The notes beneath the pieces were generated by a model. It worked only from the letters and a program-made list of their open reading frames with translations, was not told the origin of the DNA and did no database searches. The position numbers and the translations under genes were made by a program. 64,000 nucleotides of DNA from Azolla caroliniana (lineage: Eukaryota > Plantae > Polypodiophyta), in contig JBHGNT010000004.1 in NCBI GenBank assembly GCA_043228905.1, forward strand, positions 4,526,001 through 4,590,000, given 5' to 3'. Within the stretch, counting starts at the first letter, position 1, and every line of letters starts with the position of its first letter. This document shows positions 12,929-24,231 of the stretch, piece after piece.

Positions 12929-13405
12929 TCATCCTTGATGATCATGACCATGATGACCATGAGTTGGGGAACCATGAGCATGGTTGTCCTCTTCTTGGGG
13001 TGGGACACGGACAACCACGGGGGAGGATTTATGCTCCGGAACTCGGACATGGACGGGGGAGGATGGGGTGAGTCCGGGGACGCGGATTGTGAGAGGGGTG
13101 GACGGGGTAATGTCGGCACCGGGGACATCGATGTAACCTCCCGGGACACGCACATGAACTGGAGGAGGAGGGCCATGCCCATGCCCATGCCCATGCCCAT
13201 GCTTATCATCTCCACCGCTACCGTCCACAGAAACCCCCTCGTCATCATGTCCATGTCCATGTACATGGCTACTACTTTCCGATAGGACCCGACCTCGAAG
13301 ATGAGCTCCATGAATGGTTTGAGGAAGTGTCATGGCTGTAGCGAGTAAGCATAGTAGAGCGGAGGAGAGGACGAAGGCGAGGTCGATCCTGAACCTCATC
13401 ATCAT
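12929..13405 (-). CDS. Secreted His/Gly/Pro-rich protein, paralogue A (158 aa), unknown family
   Basis: Hydrophobic N-terminal signal-peptide-like stretch (LAFVLSSALLCLLATAM), HG repeats, P-V-x-V-R-V-P repeat core, ends HDHQG; TATA-like run ~120 nt upstream; clear paralogue at 19008-19490. Confidence 0.85.
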   Translation of the reverse strand: MMMRFRIDLAFVLSSALLCLLATAMTLPQTIHGAHLRGRVLSESSSHVHGHGHDDEGVSVDGSGGDDKHGHGHGHGHGPPPPVHVRVPGGYIDVPGADITPSTPLTIRVPGLTPSSPVHVRVPEHKSSPVVVRVPPQEEDNHAHGSPTHGHHGHDHQG

Positions 13406-14164
13406 GATGATGCTACACTCGCAGTGGTGGGTGGGCAGTGGGTAGGCTCCTGGTGCTTGTGCAGGTGCAGGCAGCAGCTGCTAAGGTATGGGTATAGGAG
13501 AATCAGGAAGAGAACTGTGGAGAATATATATATGTATGTATTAGTTATGGGATGGGATGGGATGGGATGGGAGCAGCAGCCACTCTCTTCAGTTTGTGAT
13601 GGGTTCCAATGATAGACACACCCATATATATATATGTATGTATGTATATATTAGGAGGCGGGGGGGGACAATGTCCATCCCTTCTTTTGTCCACCCTTTT
13701 TGCTACTATTCGTGGGCATATCTCATTCCATATGCAATAACACTTATTCATCATTACATTTGCCCAACAACAACGCATGTCTTCAAAAGTCCTACCAATA
13801 CCAATGTGTGCATGCTTGTGTGTGTCTTGCATGGTGGATCGTAGACACTCATTGGGGATAGTGCAAGAGTGTTGATAATATTTTTGTATATGGATGGGAT
13901 CCACAACTTACACTATTAGAATCTGTTGCTCTTCAGTTTGTCATGTATCCCAACGATACACACACACACATTTTTTCCTACACCAAGCAAGGGTTTAGGG
14001 AAGTCGAAAATAATTGATTGTAGAAGAGTATGTGATGTATTTGTCTAGTTTTATGGTTGAATTGGAGTCCATATATCAATTAGGTCCTCAAATTATGGGT
14101 TTCTTAGACCGAGGGTTTAAGGAATTCAAAAATAATAGATAAGTCAATGTGAAATTATAGCTCG

Positions 14165-16190
14165 ATGAATTCAAGTCATAAGCAAGGTGTTGGACCTCGT
14201 TTGAATGATGAACAAAGGCTACAAAGTTTGGAGATAGTAGAACAGCCATCAGGTCCTTCTCTTCGCTCCATAGGTAGAAAATTTGGTGTAAGTGAATCCA
14301 CGATTAGAAGTTTGATCAAGAAGAAGGATGAAGTACAAATGTGTGTCCAATTAAAAGATCATAATACAAGGAAAACAACTTTTAAGAGATCCAAAGGGAA
14401 ATATCTTGAATTAGAGGAACGCTTGTATGCTTGCATTGATGCATCTCGTCGATTGTCAATTACATTGCCTCCATCAATTATTATGGAGAAGGCTCGACGA
14501 CTATTTACACAAATGAATATTTGTGATGAGGATTTCAAAGCAACTTGGGGTTGGTTTAGGAAATTTCATCATCGCCAATGTTTGAATACTATTAGTTTGT
14601 ATGGCGAAGGAGGGGCAGTTGATCGAAATGACCCTGAATTGTTGGTTCCTTTGGAAAGGCTCTATGCTATAGTCAATGAGTATGATCTTAGTTGTGTTTA
14701 TAATATGAATGAAACGGGCTTGTTTTTTCGATTAGTTCCAAGATACACAATGCTTTTGCCTAGTGAAGATCCTACAAGAACTCGAGGTAAGAAAAAATTG
14801 CTAGATAGAGTTACCTTAGTTGTTTGTTGTAATGCAACTGGAACTAAAAAAGTTCCTATTGCAATGATTGGAAATGCTAAGGAACCTAGTTGTATTGTTG
14901 GAAATTATTGGCCATTACCTTATTTAGCACAAAGAAATGCTTGGATTGACATCCCTACTTTTAATTAGTTTGATCATGTGTTTATACCTTTTGTTCGTTC
15001 TCGAACTAATCGCAAAGTGCTTCTAATCCTTGACAATGCTCCCAGTTAATGCTATCAAAGTGATTTTTTCCCTAGCAAATGTCACATCATGCAAGCAACC
15101 AATGGATATGGGAATTATTGTAGTTTTGAAAAAGAGATACAAATATCATTTGATAAGAGAAATTTTGAAATATCATGATAGCCCAAAAAATGTTAAGATT
15201 CGTTTGGAGGATGTGGCTAAATGAATGAGAAGAGGTTTTGTTGGTTTAGCTTTTGGAAAGTCAGCACATTTGCTAGATGGTGTCAATCTCATTGTTATTG
15301 CTTGGAATGAGATCAAGTAGGAGACACTTTTTAAATGCTATAGAAAGGTAGATATTATTCCATCATTCTGTATTAATGATGTTAAAGTCATTGAAATGGA
15401 AGATCAATGCCTTGGTGATCTTGTTGTTTTGTTATGTAACTGCAAATTGCTTGAAAATGCACATAATGTAGAAGAAATTCGAGAGGAAATCATGGAATGT
15501 GTTAATGCAAATGCAAATGAAACAGAAAAACTTCATCAAAATCTTCTTGAAGAGATTGATGAAGTTATAGCGCAAGCATCCAACACCAATGAACCACTTG
15601 CATATGATGCTAACGATTCAGATTCAGAGTTTGTTGAGATGCAAGATATGCATGGATGCTCAAAGGAAGAAGATGTGATTATTCCTAAAGTATTGCAAAA
15701 TATTGTTGATACTGAACTCATGCTCAACTCGATAATGACAACAACTTATTTGAGTTCTGAGAAAGCAAAGCAAGTGAAGTTAGCTTTATCGAGTGCTCGT
15801 AGAATTATTCAAGAAGCAAATTCTGCCATTGTTTCTAAGTGTATCACTAAAAGTAGGCAAATGACCTTACATGATTTTGGTATGAAATAGCGAAAGACTT
15901 AGAAATCTTATTTTTGTTGATTTTTTGCCATTGTTTCTAAGCTATCGCTAAAAGTGGGCAAATGACCTTACATGATTTTGGTATGAAATTGCAAAAGAAC
16001 TTACAAATCTTCTTTTATTGATGATTTTGTTGTTTTTTGAATTTTTGGAACATAGTCGTAATTTGATTCAATGTATTTTGTCATGAAACAATGCAAATGT
16101 TTTGAACAGGATTTTGACATCTATAAAAAAAACACACTTAATAGACTGTCGCACTTAAATGGTCACGCACTTAACCGAATGGTTACTGTA
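14165..16190 (+). mobile_element. pogo/Tigger-like (Tc1/mariner superfamily) DNA transposon relic
   Basis: HTH (SLRSIGRKFGVSESTIRSLIKK), CENP-B-like HTH (LEERLY...FKATWGWFRKF), DDE motifs YNMNETGLFF / LILDNAP / QPMDMG over broken ORFs 14165-15890; right TIR-like TTAACCGAATGGTTACTG + TA at 16171-16190; left TIR not found. Confidence 0.85.
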
Positions 16191-16197
16191 ACTTCAA

Positions 16198-16440
16198 GTT
16201 TAATGGTCACAAAAGACATACAATAATATGTTTACTATATATATATATATATGTTTAATGGTCACAAAAGACATACAATAATATGTTTACTATATATATA
16301 TATATGTTTAATGGTCACAAAAGACATACAATAATATGTTTACTATATATATATATATGTTTAATGGTCACAAAAGACATACAATAATATGTTTACTATA
16401 TATATGTTTACTATGTTTACAATAATATGTTTACTATATA
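16198..16440. repeat. Tandem repeat, ~52-56 bp unit with a variable (TA)n core, ~4 copies
   Basis: gtttaatggtcacaaaagacatacaataatatgtttac(ta)n repeated. Confidence 0.9.
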
Positions 16441-16454
16441 ATATGCAAATGTTT

Positions 16455-16825
16455 TCTCTGTTTTTAGGAGTGACGATGGTGTGGGGGAACGAAGCAAATC
16501 ATGAGGGAATGAGGAACAATTTCTCATTTTTGTTGATTCATTGCACAGGACATTGGTGCTATTCGGCGAGATGGTGGATGTGGACTAAAGGAAGCAATGT
16601 GTCTGTTTTAGGAGTGATGATGGTGGGGGGATCGAAGCAGCTCATGAGGGGATGAGGAATTTTTTTTTATTTTGTTGTTAATTCCACAGGACATTGGTGG
16701 CATTCGGCGAGATGGTGGAGGTGGATTGAATGAAGCAATTTGGTTGATTTTAGGAGTGATGATGGTGAGGGGGCCGAAGCACATCATGAAGGGAGAGTGA
16801 ATAAGTTGTGGGGATCGAAGCAAAT
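16455..16825. repeat. Degenerate ~140-bp tandem repeat, ~3 copies
   Basis: tttaggagtgatgatggtg...cgaagca...catga recurs near 16461, 16606 and 16748. Confidence 0.7.
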
Positions 16826-17699
16826 GGGATCTGTTTGCAACTGCTTTTGTTGGGATGGTGAATCTTCTTACAGAGACGGAAATCTTCTTGCACCTGACAC
16901 ATATGATTGGAAAGACGGAGGACATGGAATCTGCAGCAGATCACTGGAATCAATGCTGTGTTTTATGGCTGGTTTTTTTTTCCCAACAGTTTTTACAAAT
17001 ACTAGAATCATTTCAGATATACTGTGGAGATGAAACAATATTATGTACTATTTGTATACTGCCTCCGGGCTTTTTATTAATACCAATGGAGCATATGTTT
17101 TATGGTAAAAAAGAAAAATATTAAAGGATGATTGCTTGTTCTTGAATTTACCGACATATGTTCTATAAAATTACCAAATTATGCTCCAAGTTATGAAAAA
17201 GTACTAACATGCACTTATGTGCATGGCTGTCTAATTTCAAAATTAGTAAAATATGATGCTTAATTAAAGTTAGGCTTCTAATTATATGAAAACCAACATT
17301 AAGGCTTCAAATATTCCAAAACGGATTTAGACTCAACATAGAAACATAACCACAATGCATGTATGGATACACATATACACAATCATACATCCAATGCTAT
17401 ATACATAAGCATACAATCGTACAAACATACATGCATGCACACATTTTACATAGATTTTACATATGTGTGAATACATACATGCATATTACATACGTTTGCA
17501 TACGTACATGAAGAAGATAATAAGTTAATTCAAAAACAAGTTACCAATCAAGGATCTTGGACCAATTGAACACCAAGTATCATGGTCACCCTCATTAGAA
17601 TGAAGGGTACACAAACATTCTCTCAATGGAAACTTGTTGAAGAGATTGTTCAAAATTGCGAAATATCAAACAATAAACCTATCATAACGCCAATTATCG

Positions 17700-18100
17700 T
17701 GCCCTACAAACTACCAATGAATGATGGCTCTAAATTAGCTGAGGAACAAATCATGAACTCGCCACCTTATTGAAAAACACTTGGTAGTATAAGGTATGTT
17801 GTAAGTTGCACTTGCCCTAATTTATCGTTTAGTGTGGTTCTTTCAAGATTATATTGCACCAAAAGACCATCTTCTGGTCCACTTTGAAGCACAAAAGATG
17901 AGTACATAGTAACGACAATAACCTCTAAAGGTCTTTGGAATTGATTGGGGGGTGAACTAAAAGATCATCTTCCATTGCTCTCTGAACTATAGAAGTTGAG
18001 TACATTGTTGCAGAACTAATTGCAACATAAAGTCTTTGGATCATGATAATAATAGCAGAGCAATTGCTTGGGAGACTAAAAGGCAAATTTCCATTGCAGC
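17700..18100 (+). pseudogene. Highly degraded Copia RT/RNase H remnant
   Basis: Frame-broken pieces resembling Y(A)VSCT(R)PNLSFSV and SIALS(S)TE(A)EYI. Confidence 0.45.
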
Positions 18101-19007
18101 ACTAGGAGTTAAAGGAGGAATTTGAATAAAGATAATAATAGAGGTGCTTGACATCTTTGAATCGAGCAAACTAGCAAAAAATTCTAAGATAAATTATCCA
18201 AACAAGCATAGTCGGGCGCGTTGTCACATCATCATGGATGTTGTTGAATATAAAGAAAGTGTCACCCAACAACTATGTAGATTGAGATTAGTAAAACACG
18301 ACAATTAGATTGTTCACATTATCAATGGAGTTAGTTCAACTTGTTATCTTACAACAATGGATTCTCTTAGGTAACAACAAACAAACATGGTATGAAACTC
18401 ATCGTGTGCAACCATCTTTAAAATATTTCGTCTTCTCTTACTCTTTTTATGTCCTTAAAACTTTGGCCCACTTTCTATAGTCTCGAAAATCCTTACAATG
18501 TGAATTTGTTTTCGGAAGAAAATTTCTGGCACTAATGTAAAACCGATTGACATGTAATTACCTCGTGTTAATCCTCGAAATTTCTTAAGTGTTTTTGCGA
18601 GCCACATTTTCGTCTGATTTTGTGGTCTCATTATAACCTGCCCACACTTCATTTGTGCCCAATGCAGAGGCTTTTAAATTCACACACTTAAGCATTCCAA
18701 CGAATTGTGACACAAACACACGTGAAAGCAGATGAAAAACAGGGGCATCCATTGCATCTCAATTCATTTCATTTCGTGATAGGAAAGTCTAGTATTCTCA
18801 TTATTAGAAGATGATGAAGCTCTTTGTTTATTGAAAGGACGTTTAACTCCATCAACAGAGTGCTTACTATGTTATTAATCAATTAATTTGGACTCAAATG
18901 TGAGTTCAAACAATCTGCAATGGTTTTATATACTATGAAAGAGCAATATTTTTTGTGGTAGTAGTATTGTAGCTTTGTGATCTTTCCTTGGTCCTCCTCA
19001 GGAATCA

Positions 19008-19490
19008 TCATCCTTGATGATCATGGTCATGATGACTTTTAGCAGGGGAACCATGACCATCATCATGATGCTCATTATGACCATGACCATGGTCACCACC
19101 ATGTTTCTCCTCTTCTTTGGGTGGGATGCGGACGACCACTGGCGAAGATTCATGCTCAGGCACTCGGACATGGACATGGACGGGGGACGATGATGCGCGC
19201 CCCGGAACTCGGACCGTGAGTGGGGTAGATGGTGTCACATCCTCGCCAGGGATGTCGATGTAACCTCCCGGGACACGCACATGAACCGGAGGAGAGGAGC
19301 CATGGCCATGGCCGTGCCCTCCGTCGGGATGATGATCATGACCATCCGGGCCACCGATGTCGACCGAAACCCCCTCCTCATCATGTGGTGCTGCTTGAAT
19401 GTTTCGAGGAATCGCGGTGAATGAAGACGTCGTAATCATAATGAAACATAGGCAAGCCAGCAGGAAGACTCGATTGATCTTCATTATCAT
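19008..19490 (-). CDS. Secreted His/Gly/Pro-rich protein, paralogue B (160 aa), unknown family
   Basis: Signal-peptide-like RVFLLACLCFIMITTSSFTA; shares EGVSVD, PPVHVRVPGGYID.PG.D.TPSTPLT.RVPG...SSPVVVR.PP and terminal HDHQG with paralogue A; TATA-like run at ~19643. Confidence 0.85.
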   Translation of the reverse strand: MIMKINRVFLLACLCFIMITTSSFTAIPRNIQAAPHDEEGVSVDIGGPDGHDHHPDGGHGHGHGSSPPVHVRVPGGYIDIPGEDVTPSTPLTVRVPGRASSSPVHVHVRVPEHESSPVVVRIPPKEEEKHGGDHGHGHNEHHDDGHGSPAKSHHDHDHQG

Positions 19491-20402
19491 GTTAGCGGGG
19501 CAGCCGGCCGGCCTGAGTACTTGTGAGGCTGTGGGTTGGTGGTGGGTATAGATGGATTTGCACGCGTGGGATTAAGATCAACAAAGAAACATTAAACAGT
19601 GGGAGGAGGATAGTGTGAGTGCTAAATGTATGTAATATGTGTATATATATATGTATAGTGGGTGTGTGTGTGTGTGTGTGTTTAGAGCCTCATGGGGCCA
19701 TTGCTCAGCTGTCCACCTCCTTATTTTTTGGGTGTCCATTTCCACCCCTTCTTTTGCTTGAATCTAATCTTGGGTAGTGTGTTAGGAGGTGGACATGCAG
19801 TGGTGTACATAATACACAGCCTTAAATTGTGTAGCACTCTCAACATTATGGACCCATGCTTTAGCTCTTCCAATTAGGCCTAACTAAGTTTGTATGTTAT
19901 GCCTTCTATATTAACCATGCTATTAACCAAACATGGGCTGATTTTAATCCATCTATTAATCAATTCTACTCCATGTGTGTGAAGTCGTAAGTAGATCATT
20001 TTGATGAATATGTTCCCTAACGGAACCCCCCCCCCCCCCCCCCCTTGGGCAATGCTCTACCTAAGCAAACATTAAGAAGCTCCAATATCGAGAGTTGAAC
20101 TCCACAACCGTGCTGGTCTAATTGGACAAATTCTCGCCCTTCATCTCATAGTGTACAATCGCCTCGCATGGATTATGCAATTGCATATAATCACACATGA
20201 TCAAGATAAAATGTGAATAGAGGAGCATGACTCTTGATGATCAATTTTGAATAAAGTTTTGGTCAATGAGACTATGTCGTTCGCACAAGTGTTTAAAACT
20301 AAGTCGTTATTAACAATTAGGCTTGTATCCCTATACCATGTCCATCTCTATGGATTCAATGTGGGTCCTTTAACTCTATCATGTGATTTTGCAGTTACAC
20401 AT

Positions 20403-20543
20403 TGTAGCGAAGTTTCGTGTGAGCGTGTTACTTGGGTGGGACCACGGGGGTCTCGGACTAGGGAGCAAGAAGGGGAGGGAAAGACGAGCACACAAGGCGA
20501 ACACACAAGGAATGGATTAACACACATTCACGATTACCCGGAC
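20403..20543 (-). mobile_element. 3' end fragment of a Gypsy LTR related to the 57151-63934 element
   Basis: Reverse complement contains gagacccccgtggtccc (compare aagacccccgaggtccc at ~57723) after a CT-rich tract and ends ...cgctaCA. Confidence 0.5.
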
Positions 20544-20544
20544 C

Positions 20545-20999
20545 CCTTTATGAGGATGGATTATTGTAGCTTGGTAGAGGACAAGGTTTGGTCTACGATA
20601 TCTTCTTCAGTAATTTGGGTATTGTGGAAGGTAAGATGTAAATGTGTATTTCAGAAAGTCAAATAGAATGCAGTTGAGTTAGTCAAGAGATATGGTTAAT
20701 GCTTCTGTATGCAATAATTGGTGAGCATGATGTTGTGTTTCGTAAGCAACAACATTTTAGAGAAATGTGGACAAAGGCATGTCTTCACCTCTTTTGGGGA
20801 GAGAATAAAGTGGAGATACCCTCATTATGGAAGGATCCCGATTTTAGATGTGTAAATGCAATTTCTAAGGTAGTTGCATGAGGACTTTTGTTATTTGACA
20901 TGTTGATGTATGTATGGTGGTTATGTTTCGTGTATGAGTTCTTTGTAGCCTTTGGGCATCTTTCCATTGATACCAAGGTGAATCCTCAAAAAAGAAAAC
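20545..20999 (+). mobile_element. 5'-truncated LINE 3' end
   Basis: VWSTISSSVIWVLWKVRCKCVFQ matches the W-x-L-W-K-x-R-x-x-x-V-F motif at the L1-type ORF2 C terminus; followed by a T-rich 3' UTR and A-rich tail (caaaaaagaaaa). Confidence 0.6.
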
Positions 21000-21676
21000 G
21001 AGGCTCTTTAGAGAGTCCCTAAACATCTCCTGCTCTCGATTAGCTCTCATGCTCATTGATACCAAGGTGAATCCTCAAAAAAGAAAACGAGGCTCTTTAG
21101 AGAGTCCCTAAACATCTCCTGCTCTCGATTAGCTCTCATGCTCATTGACACCAAGGTGAATCCTCAAAAAAGAAAACGAGGCTCTTTAGAGAGTCCCTAA
21201 ACATCTCCTGCTCTCGATTAGCTCTCACGCTCATTGATACCAAGGTGAATCCTCAAAAAAGAAAACGAGGCTCTTTAGAGAGTCCCTAAACATCTCCTGC
21301 TCTCGATTAGCTCTCACGCTCATTGATACCAAGGTGAATCCTCAAAAAAGAAAACGAGGCTCTTTAGAGAGTCCCTAAACATCTCCTGCTCTCGATTAGC
21401 TCTCACGCTTATTGATACCAAGGTGAATCCTCAAAAAAGAAAACGAGGCTCTTTAGAGAGTCCCTAAACATCTCCTGCTCTCGATTAGCTCTCACGCTCA
21501 TTGATACCAAGGTGAATCCTCAAAAAAGAAAACGAGGCTCTTTAGAGAGTCCCTAAACATCTCCTACTCTCGATTAGCTCTCATGCTCATTGATACCAAG
21601 GTGAATCCTCAAAAAAGAAAACGAGGCTCTTTAGAGAGTCCCTAAACATCTCCTACTCTCGATTAGCTCTCATGCT
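20965..21676. repeat. 89-bp tandem array, 8 near-identical copies
   Basis: Unit cattgataccaaggtgaatcctcaaaaaagaaaacgaggctc...tagctctcatgct starts at 20965, 21054, 21143 and so on to 21588. Confidence 0.97.
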
Positions 21677-21893
21677 CTCTCATTTTTCAGCATTCTATCC
21701 ACCTCTCAATGTATGAATGCTTAGCGATTTGTTGACAAGTTTTCTTAATTTTAAGCGTTAATGATTGATGTAGTTAGCATTGGAGATTTTACGATTATTG
21801 GTGATTTTTAAGTCTTTAAAAAGCTAGAAACTACTTTCAGCATAAGTTCCTCATATTATCATGAATTTGATGTTCAATCTAGACAAGTCAATC

Positions 21894-22667
21894 TGTAAAG
21901 AATCGGGTATGATTCTTTTGTAGCGGAAGAGATGTGTGTTATGTGTATATGTGAGAGGAATTAGAGAAGAGAAGAGAGAACACAAGATAGATTAGATAGA
22001 ATGGAAATAGAATACTCAAGACGAAGAAGATGTATATTCACAAGGAGAATATGAAATACAAAAAATGTAGCATTACAAGGAGTCACAACTAGTGTTGGGC
22101 AAAGTCCCAGGAACAGTGTCAGCGTTCCGGTTGGGTTGGGACATTTGCCGGTCAAGGTGGGGGGAAGCCGGAACTGATTCCGGCTAGAATTTCCCCAAAA
22201 CCGGAATCTAGCCGGTTAATATTTTTGTAACCGGCTATTTATGCATTTTTAAAAAAAATGTTAAAAAAAACAATTTTCCCTATTTCCCCCTCTTTCGTTG
22301 TGTTTTTCCTTGTTTGTTTTCCCCCTCTGGCTCCACTCTCGAATCCCTCTTTTTCATGTTTTCCCTCTCTTTTCATGTTTGTCTGTATTACCTCTTCTCA
22401 ATTGCCAATCCTTATGACTCGAAAGTCGAGACTTGACAATCCATACACAAGTAATCGCATATATTATCAATTGTTTACAAATATTGACATCAATCTGTAC
22501 ATTCGTTGGGGACTTGACTGATGCTGACAAATCCTCTATAATTGGTTATGAAGAAGAAGAAACAGTGGAGGAGGAACAACAATGGTGGAGGTAGGGTATG
22601 ATGCATTATTTAATTAATTAGTGTTAATTTAGTTAATAACTAGTCTTTGTATAAAAAAAATTAGAGC

Positions 22668-22704
<37 letters not shown>

Positions 22705-23115
22705 CCCGTCTTACTTGGCTTTCCTTGTTGTTGATTATGGCAGGCTTTTGTGTAGTGTTAATTTAGTTAATAACTAGTCTATGTATAGAAACATTAGAAC
22801 ATACAGAGAGAGAGAGAGAGAGAACCCCGTCTTACTTGGCTTCCCCTGTTGTTGGTTATGGCGGGCTTTTGTGTACATATATACATATGCATAACAACCT
22901 AAATATGAAGAAGGAGAAGAAGGAGAAGAAGAAGAAGAAGGTGATGGTGATGATAATGCAGATGGATTCGTGTAAGGGAAATTGTTGAGTTTCTTGATGT
23001 GTAGATTCTACTACCCTATATGTAGTATAATGCAGCATTGACGAAGATTCGATACCACTCCCTTTGTTAGATGTCTTTTTTGTTATTACCTAAGCTACCC
23101 ATAGACACAACATGG

Positions 23116-23146
<31 letters not shown>

Positions 23147-24231
23147 GCTTCAAGATACCGTTATCAACAATGACTCCACCCAAGGTAGACTAGATTTAGA
23201 ATGTTTTGTAAGAGAACACGAAATATGCGTGGGATTCAGAAATCACCATTGGTCAAGACATAGAGATAATTCAAAGTCATCATGCATCAATGTTGTGTTG
23301 AGGTCAAGGTCTAACATCAAGAATGATTGACTGATTGTGTGTGTGTGTGTGTGGAGAATGTATGTGGAAGCCACTTATAATTGGTTTTTCAAAATCTAGT
23401 TGATTGGCGGTTGGTGAATCACCAACTTCCCCACTTCAAATTGTAGCATTGGAAGATATTCAAAATTAGCATCCAAAATGTATCGCAAAGCTTTTCAAAC
23501 ATTCGAATTTTGAGTATGAATAACCAAAGTACCAAATGCCATGATTTTTTGCTTGGATAAGATAGGCTAATTTCCTAGAAATGTATATGTACATTGTAAA
23601 CAACTTAGATGTAAACGAGATATGAATAGTATTGAAGCTTGAAATATTTGTGTGGCTGCCAATGACATCCGATATCGAGCCTCAAAATCAAGTCTTTGGC
23701 CATCACGATGGTAAGTGGTTCATTAAGAAAACATAATGTGATAAAAGCTCTTGAATTTGATTAAGATGTTTCATTAGTTTGATATAATTGGATGTGGCAA
23801 AAAAAAATTGCTATGTGCGAATTTTTTTTTTTAACATATTTCGGTTAACATTATTACTCGTAGGAAAGTGGTCGGTTAAAATTTTTAATTTCCGGTTAGG
23901 ATCATAAGTAGCAGGAAAATTTCCGGTAGGGTCTAGAAACTTTGCCCAACACTGGTCACAACCGATTTAGTATGAAGTATGGGGAGGGTGCTTTCTATAT
24001 AGTCACCCTCTCTCTTCATTAACTAACTACAACAACCACTCTCTCTTGGGGAATGTGAAGACTCATAGTCATGGGAAATATGTAACTCATTAGTTATGTG
24101 TCATAGAATATGATTCTATGACACATAGTTAATGTGTAGAGAGTAGTGGTGTGACTCTTAGCCTTTGAGTAATTATAGATTCTCAAAAGGTGTGTTCACA
24201 TGTTGCACTATGTTGAGCTTGATTCTCAACA
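21894..24231 (-). mobile_element. Copia-type solo LTR (~465 bp net) interrupted by a hAT element
   Basis: TG...CA termini, 5-bp TSD CAATC (21889-21893 / 24232-24236); minus-strand start TGTTGAGAATCAAGCTCAAC resembles the LTR starts at 47916 and 53861. Confidence 0.8.
22090..23954. mobile_element. Non-autonomous hAT element (1865 bp)
   Basis: TIRs (T/C)AGTGTTGGGCAAAGT at both ends; perfect 8-bp TSD GTCACAAC (22082-22089 / 23955-23962); internal microsatellites and a ~135-bp duplication. Confidence 0.9.

Noticed and set aside
12857-13311. Met-rich ORFs 12857-13285 (+) and 12919-13311 (-)
   Set aside because: Antisense and alternative-frame shadows of the His-rich gene's CAT/GGG/CAT repeats; not conserved as such in paralogue B.
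20965-21676. CRISPR-like regular array
   Set aside because: Whole 89-bp units are identical with no unique spacers, no cas genes, eukaryotic context.
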